Shown here: one piece after another, positions 19,978 to 28,872 of the stretch
Layout of the letters: every line of letters starts with the position of its first letter
Position numbering within the stretch: the first letter of the stretch is position 1
Origin: Terriglobia bacterium
GTDB lineage: Bacteria > Acidobacteriota > Terriglobia > Bryobacterales > Bryobacteraceae
Direction: 5' to 3'
NCBI GenBank assembly: GCA_963786745.1
Contig: CAWBAE010000003.1
Span: 106,082-170,081 of the forward strand
DNA: 64,000 bases
Notes under the pieces: generated by a model
What the model was told of the DNA's origin: nothing
What the model saw: the letters and a program-made list of their open reading frames with translations, nothing else
The model's database searches: none
Translations under genes and position numbers: made by a program

Positions 19978-22900
19978 ATGAACGCCCTCGATCAACTCAA
20001 CACGTATCTCGGACGCCTGGAAAGCCGCCTGCGCTTCCTGGCCGTTTCGAAGGGCGCGTCCCTGGTCACCGTGTCGGCTCTGGTGGTGACCGTGTTCCTG
20101 GTCTGGATCATCAACCGCTACGCGTTTTCTTCAGCCAGCGTGCTGGCCGCCCGCATTCTTCTATTTATCTCCGTCGCCACCGCCATCGCCTTCGGCCTGG
20201 TCATCCCGCTGCTCGAATTTGAACCGCCGCAACACCGCCCGCCGCGCCGAACGCACATTCCCGGATTTCCAGGAGCGCCTGCTCACGCTGGCCGAAAAGT
20301 CCGGCGCTTCCGGTCCCTTCGCCGAGCTCCTGGCGAAGGATACGATGCGCGTGGCTCAAAATAGCCGGCCGGATCGCCTGGCTCCCACCGGGCCCATCCT
20401 CGGATTCGTGACCTCGGCCGGATTCGCCGTCGCCGTTTTGCTGTGGCTGATCCTGGCTGGACCGGGGTATCTCGGTTACGGGACTTCTTTGTTGTGGGCC
20501 GGCGCGCCGAAATCCGGCAAGAACGCTTTCTACGATATCTCCGTCACTCCCGGCGATCGAACCGTGCGCCGCAAATCGGATCAGGTAGTAACCGCTCTGT
20601 TGCAGGGCTTTGAAGCGCCCAAGGTTCGCCTGTTCGCTCAGTATCGACGGCACCTCCAAGTGGGAAGCCTTGGATATGCTGCCTTCTCCAGGTTCCAACA
20701 CCTACGAGTTTCTGTTCAGCGGATTGCCGAACGATGTCGAGTATTACGTGGAAGCGGGCGCGGTCAAATCCAAGCATTACACTCTGCGCGTGATCGATCT
20801 TCCGTCCGTCAAGAAGATTCGCGTGACTTATCACTATCCCAGCTGGACCGGAATGAAGGATGCGGTGGAAGACCCGGGCGGCGATCTGCGCGCGGTGGAA
20901 GGCACCGAAGCCGAAGTGGCGATCGAAACTGATCGCCCGCTGCCCAAAGGCGTTCTCACGCTCGGCGATGACCGGCAGATCGAATTAAAGACGGGAGAAG
21001 GGAATTGGCTCACCGCACGAGTGCCCATCGACAAAGACGGGATGTATCACGTGGCGGCCATCTCGCAGGGCGAGAACGTGCGCATGACCGAGGATTTCTT
21101 TATTGAGGCGCGCAAGTATTCAGCACCGACGGTCAGCATCTCGCGCCCCGGCCGCGACGCCAAGGTCAATCCCATTGAAGAGGTCAGCGTCGCAGTGCAA
21201 GGCGGCGACGAATTCGGCTTGGATGATTTGAGCCTGCACTATTCCGTCAACGGCGCACCGGAGAAAGTGGTCTCGCTGCTCGGCCAGAAAGGCGTCAAGA
21301 CGGCCGAAGGCAAGTATCTGATCGCGCTCGAAGACTACAAGCTGTCGCCGGGCGACCTGGTCACCATCTACGCCACCGCCAAGGACGCGCGGAATACCAG
21401 CAAGACCGACATGTATTTCATCCAGGCGGAGCCGTTCGAGCGCAATTACTCCCAGTCGCAAGAGGCGGGCGGAGGCGGCGGCATGCAGGGCGGTGACGAC
21501 CCCACCGGCCAGATATCGCAGCGCCAGAAGGACATCATCGCGGCCACCTGGAACGAGCTGAAGAATTCCGCCAAGAGCCCCACTGCGGCGGACGATGCCA
21601 AATTCCTGGCGGAACAGGAAGAAAAACTGGCGGGGCAAGCCAAATCGCTGGCCGAGCGCATGAAAGCGCGCGAGCTCGCCGACGCCAATTCTCAATTCAA
21701 GAGCTTCACCGCTGACATGGAAGAAGCCTCCAAGGCGATGCTCGAATCCGCGCAGAGGATTCGGACTCAGAAATGGAACGACTCGCTGGCTCCCGAGCAG
21801 CAGGCCCTGCAGCACGCCCTGCGCGCCGAAGCCACCTTCCGCGACATCCAGGTTGCATTCGGAAGCCGCGGCGGAGGCGCCGGAGGCGGCAGCATGGGTC
21901 GCGATCTCGAGAATCTCGCGGATCTCGAACTCGACCGCGAAAAGAATCAGTACGAAACCGGCCGCCAGTCGGCCTCCGATAGCCGCGCAAAGCAAATCGA
22001 CCAGGCGCTGCAGAAACTGCAGGAACTGGCCAGGCGGCAGCAGGAGTTAAGCCAGCAGAAGGATCAGCAGCAGGCCTTTCGGCAGCGTTGGGAGCAGGAA
22101 ATGCTGCGCCGCGAAGCCGAGGAGCTCAAGCGCCAGATGGAACAGCTCAACCGCGGCGATTCCTCGCCCCAGCAGGGTCAGTCTGAGCAGGCGCAGGGAC
22201 AGCAGGCCTCCGGCCAGGGCGGTCAATCCGGCAAGTCCGGGAGTTCGAGCCAAACCAGCCAATCCGGAAGTTCGAGCCAATCCGGTTCGGCGTCCAATCC
22301 GCAGCTGCAGCGCGCCATCGATCAGCTTTCCCGCGCCGCCGACGATATGCGCAACGCCGAAAATCCTCAGAACAGCGGCTCCGAACAAGCCAACGCCCAA
22401 CAGCGCATAGCCGCGCAGCGGCTCCAGGAAGCCCGCGACATCCTGAACGGCATGCAGCATCAGAACGCTTCCGAGCAGCTCGACGATCTCGCCCGCCAGG
22501 CCGCGCAATTGGCCCAGCAGGAAAGCGAAACGCAGAGCCAGCTTCGCCAGGCGCTTTCGGGCGGCCAACCCGGCCAGTCCCAGCAGCAGGTCAGCCGTCT
22601 GGCGGACCAGAAGGACAAGATGGCCGAGCAGCTTAAACAGGTGGAAAAGCAAATGTCCGACACCGCCCACAGCTTGGCGGGAGCGCAGAATCCCGTCGCC
22701 ACCAAGCTGCGCGAGGCCCTGTCCGACGCGCAGCAAAAAGAACTCGAAATGAGCATGCGCCGCAACGCGCAGTGGCTGCGCCAGGGTTATGGAATGCAGG
22801 TCTGGGTGCGCGAAAACAGCGTCGCGGCGGGCTTGAGCGAGCTGAAAGACAAACTGCAGGAAGCGCAAGCAATGATGGCGCAGGGCGGCCAGCAGGCTAA

Positions 22901-23642
22901 GGGGCAAGGTCCGGGTGACGACAAGGGCGAATATGCGAAAGCCCTGTCCCAGCTCGAAGCTATTCGTGACCGGATGCAGGCCATGGCCCAAGCTCGTGGA
23001 AACCAGGCTGGACAGCGTCCCGGCGATCGCCAGAACGGCCAGGGTCAGCCCGGCCGCAACGGTCAGCCAGGGCAGAACGGTCAACCCGGTCAAAACGGCC
23101 AGCCGAGTGGACAACCCGGCGGACAGCCCGGCCAATCGCAATCCGCTTCCTCGCAATCCGGGCAAAGCGGGCAAGGCCAGCCAGGCGGCGGTCAACAGGC
23201 CGGCGGACAACAAGGCGGCCAGGGCGGTAACTGGCAAGGCGGCACCGGATACGGTCCCCTCGGCGGCCCGGGCCCGGTGTATCCCAACGGCGGCCGGTTC
23301 GATGGCTTAGCGCCGATGCCGCCGCTCGAGCAAGGCTACCGCGAGTCCTTGCGCGACCTGAATCAGCTGCGGGACTTTGTCCGCTCTCACCCCGAGCTCG
23401 CCAACGACTATACGCAGCTCATGCATGCACTCAATCCGGTGGCTCAAAATGACGCCGAGCTTTCCGGACGTATCGGCCGGGAAGTTCTTCCGGAAATGGA
23501 GCGCCTGGAACTAGAGGTGCGCACCAAGTTGGACGAGCAGAACGCGGATCAAGTCCGCAGCGCCGGTTCCGAATCCATCCCGCAGGGCTATTCGGACGCG
23601 ATCGCGGATTATTTCCGCAAGCTCAGCAAGAGCAAACAGTAG
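19978..23642 (+). pseudogene. Large membrane-anchored Q/G/S-rich protein (DUF4175-like), broken by two +1 shifts (near 20218-20221, near 20640-20645)
   Basis: ORFs 19978.., 20219.. and 20610.. join into one protein of about 1220 aa (..VIPLLE/LNRRNTARRAERTFPDFQERLL.. and ..APKVRLFAQ/(Y)DGTSKWEALDMLP..). N-terminal TM pair, beta-rich middle, long coiled/low-complexity region, and C-terminal IPQGYSDAIADYFRKL. Terminal gene of the Bat-like cluster. Confidence 0.7.
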
Positions 23643-23667
23643 CGCGGGCGCCCGCGGCCGGCGCTTT

Positions 23668-23991
23668 TCATCTTTCTGAAGCGGCGGCATCCGCCCGTTC
23701 AGCGGACCAATGGAAGCACAGTCCATATCCGTCGGGATCGCGAAAGTGGTGCGCGGCGACGCGTGCGGGATCGGGCGGCACGGGACGGTCGTCATCGAAT
23801 TCGTAGATGTCATTCAGCATCACTTCGGAGCCGCATAGCCGGAGCAGGCACCAGTGGAATTTATCTTCGCCGCCGAGGTTGGGAGACGTGCTGACGAGTT
23901 CAAACCCGAGCGTGTCACGATAAAACCTCACCCGCGCCGGCATGTCGTAGACCTGTAGCAGCGGACATACGCCGCGCACCTCGAGCGCCAT
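23668..23991 (-). CDS. VOC (glyoxalase/bleomycin-resistance) family protein
   Basis: The ORF opens at 24036. Likely start is MALEVRGVCPLLQVYDMPARVRFYRDTLGFELV, typical of a VOC beta-alpha-beta module. C-terminal FRDPDGY motif. Confidence 0.7.
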   Translation of the reverse strand: MALEVRGVCPLLQVYDMPARVRFYRDTLGFELVSTSPNLGGEDKFHWCLLRLCGSEVMLNDIYEFDDDRPVPPDPARVAAHHFRDPDGYGLCFHWSAERADAAASER

Positions 23992-24072
23992 TTCCTGCCT
24001 CCTCGAATAGCCTAGCGCATTCTCCAATGTCGGCAAAACCGAAATGGAGTGAGATGCTAACCGAGGACTTAG

Positions 24073-26055
24073 CTAGTTTTGCAGAGGATCCGCCGCCACC
24101 ACCGGATTTCCCAGCGCTTGGGAAATCACGTTCAGGCCAGTGGTAACGGTCATGGCGCTCACCGAGGTCAGCGAGTTCGTCTCCGAAACCACCACGGTCA
24201 GCTGCGTAGGGCTCTGGACCGTAACCTGTTCCACCACGATATCGCTGGTGCCGAAACCGACCGTGGTCACTCCGTCGATGAAGTTCGTATTCGCGCCGTT
24301 CACCGTAAGCGTGGTTTGCCCGCCGGGATTCAGCAACGGCGGCGTGACCGCGAGCGACGGAGCGCCGGCCGGATCGTAGGTGAAGCGCTGCGGAGGTCCC
24401 AGGAACAGCGAGCTCTGGCCGTCAGAGTTCAACGCCACCACCATGGCCGTATACCCGCCAGGCGCTTGAGGAGGCGTTACCAGCAGGGAACCGTCAGCTT
24501 GCACGGCCTCGATCACACCCGGCAAGCCGTCGAAGAGAATGACGGTGTCCGCGAGGAATGTCGTCCCAGCCACCACCACCGCCCGCTTGCCGTTCGAATC
24601 GAAGGTCGGAGTTACGGACGTGATCGAGGGCGGCGTATGCACCACCAGCGTAAAGGCCGACGGCAGCACGTAGAGATCGCCGGGAGTCGAGAACAGCAAA
24701 TGCTTCGGACCCGGGCCGATGCCGAACGTGGTCTGCTGCACATACAAAGCAATGTAGGGCTGGGGCGGCGGATAAGCTTCCGGAGCGTACAGCGACACCG
24801 TGCTGCCGAGCGGCGCGATGCTCAAGCCTGGCGTAACAGTGTTGTCGGCCTCTAGCAACCCCGTGCCGGTTGCGGCCACCAGCTCCGGCGAAGCTGACCC
24901 CAGTGTTATCGGTGGGGGAATGACATAGATTCCCGCCTGCGTATACCCGTAGGTTCGCACCGAAGAAACCGCCGTGGCGGCTTCTCGAGTCACGGAAAAG
25001 TTAACCGCTCCAGTGACGTTTCCCGCCGATATCCCCAATAACTGCGCCTGTTGCCAGTTTTGCGTACCGCCGTTCCCACCGGTATAAAACTGGGTCACGA
25101 AGGCGTCGTAATTCGGTGGAATCGGATTCCCGCTGGCGTCCCGGGGATAAATCAGGTTGTCGTAAGCGCTCTCAAAAGCGAGCGGCGCGGGCAGCGGCTG
25201 AACATACACGAAGTAGGGCCCCGGAGGCACGCCGTTCATCTGATACGTTCCGTCCGGGTTGGTCAGCGCCGTAATGGCGGGATTGCTCGGGGAAATCGCG
25301 ACTACGGAAGCCAGGTTCACGCCGGTAGATCCCATGGTCACGCGCCCGCTGATGCTGCCTACGGTCGCAAGATAAGTTGAGGCCGGATAGAGCAGGGAAA
25401 TGCCGGCGATATCATCCGGCGCGAGCGGCGTGGCTTTGCTGGACGTGCTGGTGGTAAGCGTCGACATCACGCTCGAAGCCAGCGAATGCTGCAACCCCAA
25501 CGTGTGCCCGAATTCATGCACCAGCGTGACAAAGAAGTTCTCGCTGTAGCTGGGAATTGCGCCGTAATAAGGAAGCTGAGTCATGTCGCTCGGCAGGAGC
25601 AACTGCGAGCGAGTGATGGGATAAAACGGCAATCCGGCTGCATCCGTGCTGGCGACTCCCAGGCTTTCCGGGCCCCCGATGGCCAGCAGGCCGGGCGGAA
25701 CGTCGTCCGAGAAATGCACATCCACGCTCGGCGCCGAATCAACTCTGCCTTCGGTAAACAGACCGCCGTACACCAGCTTGATATTGGAGCTGCTCACGCC
25801 GCTCCAGACTGCGGCCGCGGCCCGCACCTCGCTGATCACGGCCTGGAAGGAATCGCCCGGCACCAGCACCGACGGCCCTGCATTCGCGATGTAAAACGGA
25901 ACGCTGTCATTCACCAGCGTGGTCAAGTCGAATTTCACCACCGTGGGCGATCCATTGACCACGTAATAGTAGTAGTAATAAGCCGACCCCGTGCCGGTCA
26001 ACGTGAAAAAGCCCAGCGCCAGGGCTGCCAGCCTCGCCAGCGCCTTGCGCCTCAC
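24073..26055 (-). CDS. Matrixin (M10) family zinc metalloprotease with carboxypeptidase-regulatory-like and IPT-like C-terminal domains
   Basis: 660 aa with a signal peptide. HEFGHTLGLQH is the metzincin HExxHxxGxxH motif. GRVTM...GTYQMNGVPPGPYFVY is a CarboxypepD_reg-like segment. C-terminal IPT-like repeats. Confidence 0.85.
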   Translation of the reverse strand: MRRKALARLAALALGFFTLTGTGSAYYYYYYVVNGSPTVVKFDLTTLVNDSVPFYIANAGPSVLVPGDSFQAVISEVRAAAAVWSGVSSSNIKLVYGGLFTEGRVDSAPSVDVHFSDDVPPGLLAIGGPESLGVASTDAAGLPFYPITRSQLLLPSDMTQLPYYGAIPSYSENFFVTLVHEFGHTLGLQHSLASSVMSTLTTSTSSKATPLAPDDIAGISLLYPASTYLATVGSISGRVTMGSTGVNLASVVAISPSNPAITALTNPDGTYQMNGVPPGPYFVYVQPLPAPLAFESAYDNLIYPRDASGNPIPPNYDAFVTQFYTGGNGGTQNWQQAQLLGISAGNVTGAVNFSVTREAATAVSSVRTYGYTQAGIYVIPPPITLGSASPELVAATGTGLLEADNTVTPGLSIAPLGSTVSLYAPEAYPPPQPYIALYVQQTTFGIGPGPKHLLFSTPGDLYVLPSAFTLVVHTPPSITSVTPTFDSNGKRAVVVAGTTFLADTVILFDGLPGVIEAVQADGSLLVTPPQAPGGYTAMVVALNSDGQSSLFLGPPQRFTYDPAGAPSLAVTPPLLNPGGQTTLTVNGANTNFIDGVTTVGFGTSDIVVEQVTVQSPTQLTVVVSETNSLTSVSAMTVTTGLNVISQALGNPVVAADPLQN

Positions 26056-26594
26056 TTCGCGCCTCCCTTGAGCACGGTCCGGATGTGCTTCCGAAGATCG
26101 TTCAACGACATCCGAATATTGGAATCGCTCACCGGCTGTCCGGTCGAGTTCAGCATCCGCTGCGCCGATGCCGTTCGAACCACCATCGCCTGGCCGTCTG
26201 AATCGGGCATCACCGAAAAGAGCCCTTGCGAAAGCCCGATCACCTGCGTCAGCCCGCTCTTACTGGTCCACAGAAACAGCACGTAATCCTGACCGCTCGT
26301 GAGCGCCGGCGCGCCTGCGAACTCTTGCCGCAGGCCGTTCGCCGTGCCGCCCAAAACCGCCACGTCCACGGGACCCGTGACAGGGCTGCCCTTCAGGACT
26401 TCTGAAACCTGAATCTGATAGTGCGTATAGATGATGGATCCGCGAAAGGCGCTGCCCGTAGGCGTGGCCTGGCCCTGAACGATGCTGGTAGAGAGCTGGA
26501 TCATATCGTTCAGGCTGAGCTGCTGCAAAGTGGTTGCGCGCACCCCGGCCAGGGATGTAGCCAGGATTCCGCATAGCAGCAGCTTTCGAATCAT
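26052..26594 (-). CDS. Secreted hypothetical protein, co-transcribed with the matrixin gene
   Basis: The ORF opens at 26645. Likely start is MIRKLLLCGILATSLAGVRA (signal peptide) at 26594. The stop overlaps the matrixin start by 4 nt. Confidence 0.55.
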   Translation of the reverse strand: MIRKLLLCGILATSLAGVRATTLQQLSLNDMIQLSTSIVQGQATPTGSAFRGSIIYTHYQIQVSEVLKGSPVTGPVDVAVLGGTANGLRQEFAGAPALTSGQDYVLFLWTSKSGLTQVIGLSQGLFSVMPDSDGQAMVVRTASAQRMLNSTGQPVSDSNIRMSLNDLRKHIRTVLKGGAK

Positions 26595-26727
26595 TCCGAT
26601 TGCCTCACACTGCAAATGGCTCGCCAACCCATATCGTTGAAACAACTAGCCCTTTTAGAGCTTGCGCTAACTTCTCTGTATCGCTTCGACACAACCTCTG
26701 GCGAAGATTAGGGCACCCCCGCCATCC

Positions 26728-26752
26728 ATTATTAATGTTCAGAATTAATTCT
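26728..26752. promoter_or_regulatory. AT-rich inverted repeat (candidate operator/promoter element) upstream of the 26594..24073 operon
   Basis: attATTAATgttcagaATTAATtct: TTAAT/ATTAA arms in a 25-nt stretch with very low GC, inside a high-GC intergenic region. Confidence 0.3.
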
Positions 26753-26784
26753 AGTCCGAAAAGTGTTGCGAAACAAGCAGTTGT

Positions 26785-28684
26785 CTACCCTTGACCCCTC
26801 ACCACCAGAAGCGGAACCTTCAGTTTGTGACGGACCGCGTTGATCGTGGTCCCGAAGATCAGGTCCTTCAATCCCTTATGGCCGTGGGCGCCCATCACCA
26901 CCAGATCGGGCTTCAACTCCTCGGCATACCGGACAATTTCCCGCTTGGGGCTGCGGGAGTGCCGCACCACCATCTCGACCTCAACACGCTGCTCGTCCAG
27001 TTGCGCGGCGATGCCCCGCAGATATTTGGCGCCGGCTTCGACTTCGGCGGTGGAAGCCAACGAGCCGTAAACCTGGCTAGTTACGTCTTCCTCTACATGC
27101 AGCAGGTACAACTTGGCGTGATGCTGCTTGGCCATGGCCGCGGCGTGCGCGATGGCTTCCCGGTCGCGATCTGAATGGTCGAGCGGAACCAGGATCTTCT
27201 GGTAGGTGGGGCTGGGAAGATTCGTTGCTACCGCGGCGGGCAGCTCGATAGGCGCGCGCCCGAAGCGATGCAGCCAGCCCGGCAGCACCGGCTGGAATAT
27301 GATCCACGCGAGCAGCGCCGCGAGCGCCGTTAACAAGGGAACCAGCCCAACCTCCAGCCAAATACGCCAGGCGCCCGAGCCTGAGAGCCAGTCCTTCAGG
27401 CTGAGCGCCACCAGCCACAGATCCAATGTCAGGATCAGCGCGGCCGCGCTCCACGCCAGCACCTGCACCCAGACGCGATTGGCGAATGCGCCCATCCGCT
27501 CGCGGTTGTTGGTGAAATGGATCAGCGGAATCACTGCGAACGGCAGCTGCATGTTGAGGATCACCTGGCTCAGAATCAAGAGCTTGTAGGTTCCTTGTTC
27601 ACCCGCCAGATAAACCGTGAACGCGGCTGGAATGATGGCCAGCACGCGCGTGATCAGCCGCCGCAGCCAGGGCCGCAGCCGGAGCTTGAGGAACCCTTCC
27701 ATCACGATCTGTCCGGCCATGGTGCCGGTGAGCGTGGAGGATTGTCCGGAGCACAGCAGCGCCACCGCGAACAGCACGCTCGCGAACGTGGTTCCAAGCA
27801 GCGGTGAAAGCAACTGGTTAGCCTGCTGGATCTCGGTGACAACGATGCCGCGCTTGAAGAACACCATGACCGCCAGCACCAGGATCCCGGTATTCACCAG
27901 CAGCGCGCCGTTCAGCGCCACCGTGGAGTCAATCAGATTGAAGCGGCAGGCGGTGTGCTTTTCGGCATCGCTGGTTCCAATGCGCCGGGTCTGCACCAGC
28001 GCGGAATGCAGATAGAGATTGTGCGGCATCACGGTGGCGCCCAGAATGCCGATGGCGACATACAAAGTCCGGGCATTGATATGCGGCACGAGGCCGCGCA
28101 CCAGATCCGGGAGCACCGGCCAGCCCGCCCAGCAAATCTCGATGAAGAAGCACCCGGCGATCACCGCGATCAGCGCCAGCACGAAGCTCTCGATCACCCG
28201 TATTCCCAGCCGCGTGAACCATAGGATCAGCAGCGTATCCGCGGCCGTCAGCAATACTCCGGTGAGCAGCGGGATGTGAAACAGCAGGTTCAGCGCAATG
28301 GCTGCGCCCAATACTTCCGCCAGATCGCAGGCCGCAATCGCGATCTCGCACAGGAACCAGAGCGGATAGCAAACCGGCGCGCGGATAAGTCTCCCGGCAG
28401 GCTTGCGCGAGGTCGCGCTGGGTGACGATGCCAAGCCGCGCGCTCAAGGTCTGAAGCAGGATGGCCATCAGATTCGATAGCACCAGCACCCAAACCAGCT
28501 GGTATCCGAAGCGCGCGCCGCCTTCGAGATCGGTGGCCCAATTGCCCGGATCCATGTAGCCGACACTCACTAGATAAGCCGGTCCGGCGAACGCCAGCAT
28601 GCGCCGCCAGAACGACAGTTGCGACGTATCTACGGACGAATGCACCTCCGGAAGCGACGTGTTGACTGTGGTTGAGGCGGACAA
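26785..28684 (-). pseudogene. mntH: Nramp-family divalent metal (Mn/Fe) transporter fused to a C-terminal universal stress protein domain, with one frameshift near 28378-28382
   Basis: ORF 27929..28684 gives [18 protein letters not shown] (Nramp DPGN motif)...[15 protein letters not shown] 26785..28434 continues [33 protein letters not shown]... The C-terminal 150 aa (ILVPLDHSDRD...LVVMGAHGH...VPLLVV) is a Usp domain. Confidence 0.85.
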
Positions 28685-28872
28685 CTTAACTGTAGTTTAT
28701 CCGCATTTCCGGCCAGAAACAAGAATGGATACAAGCTCGGCTGATTCCAATCACTTGTGGTGGTTTTCGGCCAGCGCCCCGGGCGGGGGCGGATTTGCTA
28801 AGCAGCTGAATAAACAATGCCTTAGTAGTTGGCCAGGAGATTGCGTTTACCCGCCCCGGAAGTGACCAGCGT

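Noticed and set aside
22150-23290. Repetitive DNA in the Q/G-rich region as a possible CRISPR array, collagen-like gene or satellite.
   Set aside because: The repeats are short (18 nt), imperfect, in frame and uninterrupted by unique spacers. They are coding low-complexity sequence of the Bat-cluster protein. No CRISPR-like repeat-spacer structure was seen anywhere in the window.
28685-28872. Mn-responsive element (MntR box or yybP-ykoY riboswitch) in the divergent region upstream of the Nramp gene.
   Set aside because: I could not identify a convincing palindrome or the conserved riboswitch core by eye. It would need a covariance-model or PWM scan.
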